Assembly (NCBI GenBank): GCA_017452445.1 | Contig: JAFTMH010000005.1 | Coordinates: 15,351-39,350 of the forward strand | Direction of reading: 5' to 3' | Length of the DNA stretch: 24,000 nt | Origin: Clostridia bacterium | GTDB taxonomy: Bacteria; Bacillota; Clostridia; Christensenellales; UBA1242 | Part shown: piece by piece, positions 7,569-14,523 of the stretch | How positions within the stretch are numbered: the stretch's first letter is position 1 | Layout of the letters: each line of letters opens with the position of its first letter | The notes under the pieces: model-generated | Database searches by the model: none | Told to the model about the DNA's origin: nothing | What the model saw: the letters and a program-made list of their open reading frames with translations, nothing else | Made by a program: the position numbers and the translations under genes

Positions 7569-10007
7569 ATGATTTCGACAATTTGTGATATCGTAGGCAA
7601 TGTAGTAAAATTTTTGACAAATGCTACAAACAAACTTGGTTTGGACCTTTTGACAATCATCGCTTTGGGCGTTGAAGTGCTTTTGGTGCTCTTCTTCTTG
7701 ATCAAGTCTGCACTTTCTTATGAGTCAGCTTTGAACAGAGCGTTGGACAAGGTCAACTATTGGTTGTTTGAAAAGAAAGTTGTCACTGAAGAAAATGTTA
7801 GAGAGTTGAATGATCTTTTCAAAAAGAAAGGTCCAAAAAGACTCTGCTATTATTGGCAACAATACATACTCTTTAGAGAACATGATCCATCAGAATATCT
7901 TTCAACAGACAATTTGATTGAAAAGCCATTGAAGACAAGTTCTGCACAATCAAACATCAAAAACTTGGGATTGTTTACAACTATCTGGGCTTTCATTGCA
8001 TCAATGTTTATTTTGATTGCAGAAGCAATTGAAGCAAATGTGCTTACAGGCACAGCGTTGGTTACTTCTATGCTTGTAGCATTGATTATCTGTGTGATTG
8101 GTTTTGGTTTTGTGGCTTATATGAGAGCAAGAAAGAATGCAGTGCTCAATTCGCTCTATCAAAGCGTTTCGCTTTTTGGTAGATTTATGGACAATGCCTG
8201 CGTAGATCTTCCATCATATATTGACTATCAAATTCTCTTTACTCCACAAGAAATCGAGAAGGGACAACCTGTTTTGCGTGAATTCTTGGATTATAAAGCA
8301 AGAAAAGAGAAAGAAGAATTCAACCGTTCTAAAGAAGAAATTGTTGAACATGTTTCATATGACTTCTCTGAAACAGGCGTTGACGGATCTATCGTGCTTG
8401 AAAGAGCAATGAGAGAAAGCGAACTCTTCTTGAAAAAGAAAGAAAGATTGCTCGTTAAAGTTTCTCAATTGGAATCAGAACTTGAATCTAGAAGAAAGAA
8501 CTTTGATAATGTTCAAAAAGAATCTCAAACAAAGATTCAAGCATCAAAAGAAAATATTCTTAGACTTCGTCAGATGCAAGAAGAAACAACAAACAGAATT
8601 GAAAGCAACTATTACAGAAAGCAACAAACACAAGAAATTGCTAAGCAAGAACAACTCGAACAAGAATTTGAACAACAAAGAGCAAAATACTTGCTTGAAA
8701 AGAATGAAGGCGAAGAAGAAATCAAGAAACTTAATGACGAGCTTGAAGGTTATCGCAAAAATGTTGAAAATGCAATGCTCAACGAATATCAAACATTCTT
8801 CAACAAATTCTGTAAGAGTGCAGAAAAAGTGGTTGCAAAAGTGTTTGCTGACAAGATCATTTCTTTGAAAGATCAAAATGCAAAAGATAAAGAATATATT
8901 ACTTCACTTGAAATCAAGTTGAAAAATGCTGGACAAGGTGATTTTGATTTGCCATCAGATCCAGCAACTCCAGCAACAACAAATCCAACTGAAGGTGTGA
9001 CAGACATTCCTGCAGAAGGAAGATATGACGAAGCTGGAAACTATTTGTATCCAAATGGAACATGGTACGACCCACAAGGAAACTTCCATGATGAAAACGG
9101 AAATGTTTATTCTCAAGATGGACAATTGATTTCTTCAGCAGCTGACAATGCTCAAGCTGCACAAGAAGTTGCTGCACCTGCAGAAGAAAAGAAAGTTGTA
9201 AACTTTGATGACTTTGATGACTTCGACTTTATGACAGATGTTGCACAAAAAGACGACATCTACAATGTTGCAGAAAAGGTTATTGAAGAAGTTGACACAG
9301 ATGACAGCATCGAAGTTGTAAACAACAGCGCTGAAGAAGTTGCTGCACCTGCAGAAGAATCTCCAGTTGTAGAAGAAAAGAAAGTTGTTGATGATTCGTT
9401 TGAAGATTTTGATATCGACGCACAACCAAAAGCAGAAGAAAAACCTGCTCTTGTAGATTTCGATTTTGATGAAATGGAAGAAAAATCTGATGATGGTGAT
9501 GAAGAACCTGCTGAAGCAGTAGAGGCACAACCAAAGAAAAAGGCTGGCCGTCCAAGAAAAGTTGTTACTGAAGAAAATCAAGCGCCAAAGAGAAGAGTTG
9601 GCAGACCTAAAAAAGTAGTGACAGACGAACCTGCAAAAGAAAAGAGAAGTGTTGGTAGACCAAAGAAAATTGTTAAGCCAGCAGCTGCTGAAGATGGCGA
9701 AAAGAGAGGCAGAGGTAGACCAAAAAAAACGGTTGAATCAGTTTCTGAAATAAACAAAAAACTCTCTGAAGAAGAAGCAAGATTGAGTCAAGCAAAAGAA
9801 GAAATTGACAACGAAATCAAACTTGCAGCAAATGCAATGGAAAACAATGATCCAAAGCAAGCAAGAAGAGAGCAACTTCTTAAAGAAATTGAAGCACTTC
9901 AAAACGAAGCTGCAACAGTTATGGGACAAGAAGAATCTGAAGGAAAAATTGCAGAAATTAATGCAAAACTTGAAAACCTTCTTGATGAAATTAAAAACTT
10001 GAACTAA
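7569..10007 (+). CDS. Large membrane-anchored coiled-coil protein with an acidic FD-rich region and four C-terminal AT-hook motifs (HMGA/CarD-like tail); function unknown
   Basis: ATG 7569 follows AAGGGGG (7558-7564); the track ORF from TTG 7506 runs through the promoter. Three hydrophobic segments are present: LLTIIALGVEVLLVLFFLI, LGLFTTIWAFIASMFILIAEAI, and ALVTSMLVALIICVIGFGFVAYM followed by RARKN. They are followed by about 220 aa of E/K/Q-rich heptad sequence, a G/N/Y/D-rich segment, an acidic region, and 4x GRP(R/K)K. The gene has its own promoter and a strong terminator. Confidence 0.85.
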   Translation: MISTICDIVGNVVKFLTNATNKLGLDLLTIIALGVEVLLVLFFLIKSALSYESALNRALDKVNYWLFEKKVVTEENVRELNDLFKKKGPKRLCYYWQQYILFREHDPSEYLSTDNLIEKPLKTSSAQSNIKNLGLFTTIWAFIASMFILIAEAIEANVLTGTALVTSMLVALIICVIGFGFVAYMRARKNAVLNSLYQSVSLFGRFMDNACVDLPSYIDYQILFTPQEIEKGQPVLREFLDYKARKEKEEFNRSKEEIVEHVSYDFSETGVDGSIVLERAMRESELFLKKKERLLVKVSQLESELESRRKNFDNVQKESQTKIQASKENILRLRQMQEETTNRIESNYYRKQQTQEIAKQEQLEQEFEQQRAKYLLEKNEGEEEIKKLNDELEGYRKNVENAMLNEYQTFFNKFCKSAEKVVAKVFADKIISLKDQNAKDKEYITSLEIKLKNAGQGDFDLPSDPATPATTNPTEGVTDIPAEGRYDEAGNYLYPNGTWYDPQGNFHDENGNVYSQDGQLISSAADNAQAAQEVAAPAEEKKVVNFDDFDDFDFMTDVAQKDDIYNVAEKVIEEVDTDDSIEVVNNSAEEVAAPAEESPVVEEKKVVDDSFEDFDIDAQPKAEEKPALVDFDFDEMEEKSDDGDEEPAEAVEAQPKKKAGRPRKVVTEENQAPKRRVGRPKKVVTDEPAKEKRSVGRPKKIVKPAAAEDGEKRGRGRPKKTVESVSEINKKLSEEEARLSQAKEEIDNEIKLAANAMENNDPKQARREQLLKEIEALQNEAATVMGQEESEGKIAEINAKLENLLDEIKNLN
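9163..9359 (+). repeat. Intragenic direct repeat: an identical 26-nt unit at 9163-9188 and 9334-9359 (171 nt apart, in frame)
   Basis: AAGAAGTTGCTGCACCTGCAGAAGAA occurs twice and encodes EVAAPAEE. Each copy is followed by KKVV and an acidic D/F module. Confidence 0.85.
9546..9722 (+). other. Array of four AT-hook cores (G-R-P) inside the 7569-10007 CDS
   Basis: GRP codons lie at 9546-9554, 9600-9608, 9654-9662 and 9714-9722. Their contexts are KKKAGRPRKVV, KRRVGRPKKVV, KRSVGRPKKIV and KRGRGRPKKTV. Spacing is 18, 18 and 20 aa. Confidence 0.85.
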
Positions 10008-10010
10008 AAG

Positions 10011-10039
10011 AAAAGACTGCAAATCGCAGTCTTTTTTTT
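10011..10039 (+). terminator. Rho-independent terminator of the 7569-10007 gene
   Basis: AAAAGACTGC, loop AAATC, then GCAGTCTTTT, continuing into a T-run (10032-10039). It starts 4 nt after the stop codon. Confidence 0.85.
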
Positions 10040-10110
10040 GTTGGGATTTTGAAATAGTAAGACTTTTTTACGCAATAGCTATTGAGGGTGAGTGATAGAC
10101 AAACTTGCAA

Positions 10111-10140
10111 CAAAAAACACAACCTAAAATCTGGTTGTGT
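10111..10140 (-). terminator. Rho-independent terminator of the minus-strand unit (small membrane protein / radical SAM)
   Basis: ACACAACC (10117-10124) and GGTTGTGT (10133-10140) form an 8-bp stem. On the minus strand the hairpin is followed by TTTTTTG (complement of 10111-10117), about 20 nt downstream of the stop at 10160. Confidence 0.7.
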
Positions 10141-10159
10141 TTGAGTTTTGTAGACTTAA

Positions 10160-10456
10160 TTAAAACAATACGATATATCCTTGTACGAGTCCATAAACAA
10201 GCAAAACGATTGCCAAAATGATAAATAAAAATCCGAGAATGAAACTTATAAGTGCAGATGGAGTGCGGCGATATTCTCTGTGATAGCCACCGTTATACAT
10301 CAAAGCAAGGCCAACAAAATAAGCGACATAAGTTAATGCCAAAAAAGAATCCAATGATTTGATAAGATTGAAGTGATACAAAACAGCAAAGACAACTGCT
10401 GCGAGAGCGAATATAATGCCAAAGCCCATACATTTTTTAGGTGATATCTTTCCCAT
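10160..10456 (-). CDS. Small integral membrane protein (98 aa, about 3 TM segments), function unknown
   Basis: There is a strong SD: AAGGAGATAAATT then ATG (complement of 10454-10469). Hydrophobic stretches are GFGIIFALAAVVFAVL, LALTYVAYFVGLALM and LISFILGFLFIILAIVLLVYGLV. Confidence 0.75.
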   Translation of the reverse strand: MGKISPKKCMGFGIIFALAAVVFAVLYHFNLIKSLDSFLALTYVAYFVGLALMYNGGYHREYRRTPSALISFILGFLFIILAIVLLVYGLVQGYIVLF

Positions 10457-10503
10457 AATTTATCTCCTTACATATATAATGATAATTTTTTTTGAAAAAT
10501 AAG

Positions 10504-11382
10504 TCAATTATTTTCGCCAAATTTCGGAACAAACGCCTCGCTTGCACTGTCAAATTGTTGTAAATAGCCATTTATAAGGTTTAGTTTTTGCATATGAGCA
10601 ACAACGGCCTTGTATTCGATAGGTGTGAGTTTGCGATTTAGGCTGCTTTTTCCGTTTGGGGTAAACTGACTCATAAGGCTTATTTTGCGATTTTCAAAAT
10701 GCTCTGCAATTTGATCCAAAACTTCAAAAGAGTTTTTTGTGTATCCAGGTAAAACGAGATGTCTTATCACAACTCCTTGTTTCATAAATTCGCCATCTAA
10801 AATGTCAGGTTTGAGTTTGCACATTAATTTGATTGCTGGCAATGCTTTTGAAAAATAGTCGTTACACTTTGAAAATTGTTGCCCAAGTTGATCGTTTGAA
10901 TATTTGAAATCTGCCAAAAACACATCAACAAATTTGCTTACGAGAGAAATGTTTTCTTCGGTTTCATAACTGTTTGTGTTCCACACAACGGGGATTGATG
11001 GCTTAAATTTTTCAAAACACATTGCAAGTTGTTTTGAAAAATGGGTTGGGGTGACAAGATCAATGCTTGAGTGAGAATATTGGTTTTCTTCTATCAGTTT
11101 GCAAAACTCGTCAATGGTGTAAGTTTGTCCAACTCCACCACGAGAAATTTCGTAGTTTTGACAATAGTCGCATCTAAGGTTGCAGCCCGAAAAGAAGATT
11201 GCAAGAGTGCCTTTGTCGCCAGTTATGCAAGGCTCTTCCCACTCAAAGTTTTTGATTATTTTTGATATTCTTATTGTGTTAAACTCGTTGCAGAATCCCG
11301 TTTGAATTTGTCTAGAAATTTTGCAATTTCTTGGGCATGTTGTGCAAGTTTGAGTTTGGTTTTGTTGAATGCTTTTTTTCAT
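10504..11382 (-). CDS. Radical SAM protein, PflX-like (COG1313, homolog of pyruvate formate-lyase activating enzymes)
   Basis: The CxxxCxxC cluster motif is GCNLRCDYCQNYEIS. The N-terminal Cys pattern CTTCPRNCKISR...GFCN is typical of PflX-type proteins. I place the start at ATG 11382-11380 (MKKSIQQ...). The track's 48-codon extension to 11526 is hydrophobic junk that overlaps the divergent promoter and gene. Confidence 0.85.
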   Translation of the reverse strand: MKKSIQQNQTQTCTTCPRNCKISRQIQTGFCNEFNTIRISKIIKNFEWEEPCITGDKGTLAIFFSGCNLRCDYCQNYEISRGGVGQTYTIDEFCKLIEENQYSHSSIDLVTPTHFSKQLAMCFEKFKPSIPVVWNTNSYETEENISLVSKFVDVFLADFKYSNDQLGQQFSKCNDYFSKALPAIKLMCKLKPDILDGEFMKQGVVIRHLVLPGYTKNSFEVLDQIAEHFENRKISLMSQFTPNGKSSLNRKLTPIEYKAVVAHMQKLNLINGYLQQFDSASEAFVPKFGENN

Positions 11383-11391
11383 ATTATAAAT

Positions 11392-11400
11392 ATTATCACA
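11392..11400 (-). promoter_or_regulatory. Extended -10 element (TGtGATAAT) only 9 nt upstream of the radical SAM start codon
   Basis: The minus strand reads TTGTGATAATATTTATAAT then ATG. No purine-rich SD is present in the 20 nt before the ATG. Confidence 0.45.
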
Positions 11401-11454
11401 ACTGAAAATAAAAGGCAACAAAAGCTTGAACAGATTGCATTTTGCCCCAATGAC

Positions 11455-11483
11455 TAGACAAATTTGAATATGTGTGGTATAAT
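11455..11483 (+). promoter_or_regulatory. SigA-type promoter for the CNNM/CorC gene
   Basis: TAGACA (11455-11460), a 17-nt spacer, then TGgTATAAT (11475-11483). Confidence 0.6.
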
Positions 11484-11517
11484 GTGCTGTAATTTCAAAA
11501 ATAAAGGAGACAAAAAA

Positions 11518-12918
11518 TTGAATCACCCCAGTATGCTTTTAGCGGCTTCATTTACAACTGTGCACGCAGCACTCATAGCAGCAATCGCTGTTTTGTTGGT
11601 GCTTTCGGCATTTTTTTCAGCGAGCGAGACAGCTCTCTCTTCCATGAACCTTATTAGAATCAGGACAATGGCAGAAAATAAAGTAAAAGGAGCACGCAAA
11701 GCATTGTATTTGTCAGAACACTCTGACAGAGTGCTTACGACAATCCTTGTTGGAAACAACATTGTAAATATTTTGTCTACTACACTTTGTGCATTTTTGT
11801 TTGCACAATTTGTTGATAATGCAACTTTGCAAACAGTTTTGAACACCGTTGTGATGACAATCATCATTTTGATCACAGGTGAAATCTTGCCAAAGGCACT
11901 TGCAAAGAAAAGCCCTGAAAAGGTGGCAACAAAGATTGCACCAATCATTTATGTTGTTATGAAAGTGCTTTATGTTGTCGTTGTTCCATTTTATGGCCTT
12001 CAAAAACTTTTTACCAAAAAGAAAGAGGGAGAAGCTTCAGTCACAATGACAGAAGACGAACTTGAAAGCATTATTGAAACTATGGAAGAAGAGGGTGTGC
12101 TTAAAGAAGAAGAGGCAAACCTTTTGCAAGGGACTTTCAAAATTAAAGAAGCGACTGCACATGACATTATGACACACAGAGTTGATGTTGTGTTTTTGAA
12201 AGATGATGCGACTGTTGAAGAAATTGAAAAGACTTTTATCGAACATCAATATAGCCGTATTCCGGTTTACAAAGACAACACAGACAATGTGGTTGGCGTT
12301 TTGACACTTAAAGATTTCTTTAGTGCAAAATTGTCTGGCAAAAAGATTGTGCTTAAAAACCTTATGACAGAACCACTTTTCACAGCCGAAAATGCAAATG
12401 TTGACACTCTTATCAAAGAGATGCAAAATGCAAAAAAACATTTGGCGATTGTGCTTGATGAGGCAGGTGGTGTTTCTGGTATTGTGACAATGGAAGACTG
12501 TACCGAAACAGTGTTTGGTGAAATTTATGACGAAACAGACCAAGATGAAGTAGAACCTTCAATCGAACCTGTTGGCATGGACGAATATGAAATTGATGCC
12601 GAAATCACAGTTGAAGAATTGTTTGAAAAACTTGAAATTGAAAATATCCCTGAAAATCCATACAGATCACTCAGTTCGTTTGTGTTTGATTTGTCAGAAA
12701 ATGTCCCTGAGATAGGTGCGATTTACACATTTGACACAATTGACGAAATTATTGACGGCGAAGGAAGATTGGAACAGCACAAAATCAACATGTTGTTTAC
12801 GGTTATCAAAATGGATTCGCACCGTATTGAAAAGGTTAATTTGAAAATTAAGTATGTTGACAATTTGACTGATCCAAAAGAACCTAAAGAAAAAGATAAA
12901 GAAGAAGGAGAGGAATAA
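11518..12918 (+). CDS. CNNM/HlyC/CorC-family protein (DUF21 transmembrane domain, tandem CBS, CorC_HlyC C-terminal domain); putative Mg2+/divalent-cation transport-associated
   Basis: The DUF21 signature is LLVLSAFFSASETALSS. The CBS-pair region includes IMTHRVDVVFL...YSRIPVY...VVGVLTLKD and HLAIVLDEAGGVSGIVTMED. The C-terminal CorC_HlyC-like segment is YEIDAEITVEEL...RSLSSFVFDL...PEIG. The start is either TTG 11518, 8 nt after AAGGAGA (11504-11510), or ATG 11533. The track start 11464 lies inside the promoter. Confidence 0.9.
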   Translation: MNHPSMLLAASFTTVHAALIAAIAVLLVLSAFFSASETALSSMNLIRIRTMAENKVKGARKALYLSEHSDRVLTTILVGNNIVNILSTTLCAFLFAQFVDNATLQTVLNTVVMTIIILITGEILPKALAKKSPEKVATKIAPIIYVVMKVLYVVVVPFYGLQKLFTKKKEGEASVTMTEDELESIIETMEEEGVLKEEEANLLQGTFKIKEATAHDIMTHRVDVVFLKDDATVEEIEKTFIEHQYSRIPVYKDNTDNVVGVLTLKDFFSAKLSGKKIVLKNLMTEPLFTAENANVDTLIKEMQNAKKHLAIVLDEAGGVSGIVTMEDCTETVFGEIYDETDQDEVEPSIEPVGMDEYEIDAEITVEELFEKLEIENIPENPYRSLSSFVFDLSENVPEIGAIYTFDTIDEIIDGEGRLEQHKINMLFTVIKMDSHRIEKVNLKIKYVDNLTDPKEPKEKDKEEGEE

Positions 12919-12933
12919 TCTTCTTCTTTTTTT
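12899..12933 (+). terminator. Probable terminator overlapping the 3' end of the CNNM/CorC gene
   Basis: AAGAAGAAG (12899-12907) pairs with CTTCTTCTT (12920-12928) around a 12-nt loop that contains the stop codon. T5 follows (12929-12933). Confidence 0.55.
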
Positions 12934-12974
12934 GAAATGTAAATTTATGGAAATAATCTTTTGCGATTAAATGA

Positions 12975-13003
12975 TTGAATTTTTGAAAATTTTGTGTTAC
13001 AAT
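12975..13003 (+). promoter_or_regulatory. SigA-type promoter for the 13029 gene
   Basis: TTGAAT (12975-12980), a 17-nt spacer, then TGtTACAAT (12995-13003). Confidence 0.6.
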
Positions 13004-13028
13004 TTTTTTTGTAAATAGGAGAAAAGTT

Positions 13029-13421
13029 ATGCAAGAAAATATTATAAAACCACATTTGGTAAGACCTATTCTTGAAAAGGTTGTTTTTGAAATAATGCAA
13101 TTTCCACAACAAAACGCAACAATCAACATCAAACCCACCGATGTTTTGGACATAAGAAAAGTGTCAGAAGAAATCGTCAAAGTTACTTTGCAAAGGTCGC
13201 TTGAAGTTAGCCCTGCAAATTTGATTAGGGTTGCCGTAACTATGAGCATTGATATCCCTGTTGACTCAATCGAATTTGTCAGACTTCCAGATCCAAAGGA
13301 TTACATCAAAAACAGTCAACCGGTGCGAATTTTGACTGCTTATATTTCAAATACAATCACAAACCTCACAACAAATTCAATTTTGGGACCAATCGTAACA
13401 CCACCAAATATTCAAGAATAA
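13029..13421 (+). CDS. Hypothetical 130-aa protein; possible SecB-like fold (by-eye pattern only)
   Basis: SD is TAGGAGAAAAGTT then ATG, and the gene has its own promoter and terminator. The order of predicted strands and the C-terminal helix resembles SecB-family topology: LEKVVFEI, INIKPTDVLDIRKV, IVKVTLQRSLEV, IRVAVTMSIDIPV, then PVRILTAYISNTITNLTTNSILGPIVTPPNI. For comparison, SecB has ILFPYARExI....G.FP.L.L.P.NF. Confidence 0.7.
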   Translation: MQENIIKPHLVRPILEKVVFEIMQFPQQNATINIKPTDVLDIRKVSEEIVKVTLQRSLEVSPANLIRVAVTMSIDIPVDSIEFVRLPDPKDYIKNSQPVRILTAYISNTITNLTTNSILGPIVTPPNIQE

Positions 13422-13426
13422 AAAAC

Positions 13427-13458
13427 AAAATCCAGCCAAAGTCGGTTGGATTTTTTTT
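13427..13458. terminator. Bidirectional terminator shared by convergent genes 13029-13421 (+) and 13475-14161 (-)
   Basis: AAAATCCAGCC (13427-13437), loop AAAGTC, then GGTTGGATTTT (13444-13454) with one G-T wobble. There is a T-run on the + strand (to 13458), and the - strand has GTTTTTT after the hairpin. Confidence 0.8.
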
Positions 13459-13474
13459 GTATTTAAGCAAATGT

Positions 13475-14161
13475 TTATGCTTTTGGTTTTGTTGCAGTGC
13501 TTGCGCTTGCTGCTCGTTTTATTTTTTTTCTTGTTTTTGATTGTTTCAAATCTTGCAAAGAGAGTTTTCTCTCTTTTACTGCCTTGATGATGTCTTCGCT
13601 GAGCAAAACTTTTCTAAATTGTTCGTTGTTGATGTTTTTGATGTCGATGATGTCGTCCTCATCAATAAAATCATATTCGATAATGTGTGCAGCAGTTTTG
13701 TTCTTTTCCAAAATTTGGATCATTTCGCTGATAAATGCTCTTTGCAATCCCCAAAGTATGTCTTGATTTTCTTCTTGCAACCCGTTCAAGAAAATGTCAA
13801 AATACAAAACTACAACATCAAGCACCAAAACTCTGCGACCTCTAAAAACTTCTGGTTTGTTGATTTTGTAGTCGCCATCGAGTTGATTTTTGAAAAACAA
13901 TCTTCCCATGTCAATACTTGCTGAAAGGTCAACCAAAGATTTTGAAATACCTTCTTTGTCTGCAGTTGTTGGGTGCCTTAAATATAAAGATTTCATTATG
14001 TATGCAGTTTTTTCAAACCAAGCTTTCATTGCGCCATAGTTGTCGTGTGCAAGAGTTTGATTTTGTATGTGTGTGCTGTGCGAAATTGCAAGTGCTGCAA
14101 TAAGAGTTGAAGCAAATGACATAACAACACTTATGATTGCAATAATTTCTGAAATATCCAT
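13475..14161 (-). CDS. Hypothetical N-terminally membrane-anchored protein (228 aa) with a basic C-terminal tail
   Basis: ATG at 14161-14159 follows AGGAGA (complement of 14169-14174); the track start 14224 is an extension. The N-terminal TM segment is IIAIISVVMSFASTLIAALAI. The tail is KQSKTRKKIKRAASASTATKPKA. I recognise no catalytic motif. Confidence 0.75.
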   Translation of the reverse strand: MDISEIIAIISVVMSFASTLIAALAISHSTHIQNQTLAHDNYGAMKAWFEKTAYIMKSLYLRHPTTADKEGISKSLVDLSASIDMGRLFFKNQLDGDYKINKPEVFRGRRVLVLDVVVLYFDIFLNGLQEENQDILWGLQRAFISEMIQILEKNKTAAHIIEYDFIDEDDIIDIKNINNEQFRKVLLSEDIIKAVKERKLSLQDLKQSKTRKKIKRAASASTATKPKA

Positions 14162-14284
14162 ATTTATATCTCCTAAAAAAATTATATAAAGTTTGTTTAG
14201 GTTAGTCAAATTTTTGAAAGACAATTTTTGCAGTTGACAACTTTGGGGCGATATGTTAATCTAAAACTGAAATAGGAGGGGGAT

Positions 14285-14512
14285 ATGGAAGAGAGAATTA
14301 TGCCACACGGGCTTAGAACTAGATGGGAAAATAGATATATGGAAGCAGGAAAGTTGTTTTTTGAAGAAAAATATTTGGCTGCTAGAAACAAATATGAAAT
14401 TTGCCTTGATGAAGCAAGTGGATATGACCTTGAAGGAAATATGAAGGAAAGAGCAAAAAGAGGTATTGCTGACTGCAATCAAAAACTCAACGAAAGGGTT
14501 GCTGGCAAGTGA
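14285..14512 (+). CDS. Hypothetical 75-aa protein with a single TPR-like helical hairpin
   Basis: There is a strong SD: GGAGGGGG (14275-14282) shortly before ATG 14285, and a terminator follows directly. YMEAGKLFFEEKYLAARNKYEICLDEA fits the TPR residue pattern. Confidence 0.6.
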   Translation: MEERIMPHGLRTRWENRYMEAGKLFFEEKYLAARNKYEICLDEASGYDLEGNMKERAKRGIADCNQKLNERVAGK

Positions 14513-14523
14513 TGAAAAACAAA

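Noticed and set aside
7569-8250. Idea that the N-terminal TM1-loop-TM2-TM3 plus long coiled-coil tail is a ZorA/MotA-like stator, i.e. a Zorya-type defence component
   Set aside because: No MotB/ZorB-like partner or any other Zorya gene is adjacent. I cannot see the conserved MotA/ExbB channel motifs in TM2 and TM3. The resemblance is only topological.
8221-9581. Alternative-frame and antisense ORFs inside the large gene (8221-8412, 8482-8868 +, 8544-8876 -, 9135-9581 -, 9280-9555 -, 9805-10002 +)
   Set aside because: They are by-products of the repetitive GAA/AAG-rich coiled-coil and acidic coding sequence. They have no independent start signals, and the main frame is continuous from 7569 to 10007.
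9531-9735. Periodic repeats (GRPKK units at about 54-60-nt spacing) considered as a possible CRISPR-like or tandem-repeat array
   Set aside because: The units are in frame within a continuous CDS and are conserved at the amino-acid level rather than the nucleotide level (ggccgtcca, ggcagacct, ggtagacca). They have no repeat-spacer structure and there are no cas genes.
10040-10115. Possible small ORF or sRNA in the 120-bp gap between convergent terminators (for example GTG 10088, 18 codons)
   Set aside because: The GAGG lies directly against the GTG with no spacer, the peptide is tiny and has no conservation signal, and I see no promoter-like hexamers. The gap is adequately explained as spacer between two terminators.
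13029-14512. Toxin-antitoxin-chaperone (TAC) interpretation of the SecB-like gene and its neighbours
   Set aside because: The neighbours are on the opposite strand or separately transcribed. None has a recognisable toxin (HigB, MqsR, HicA) or antitoxin HTH. TAC modules are normally a single three-gene operon.
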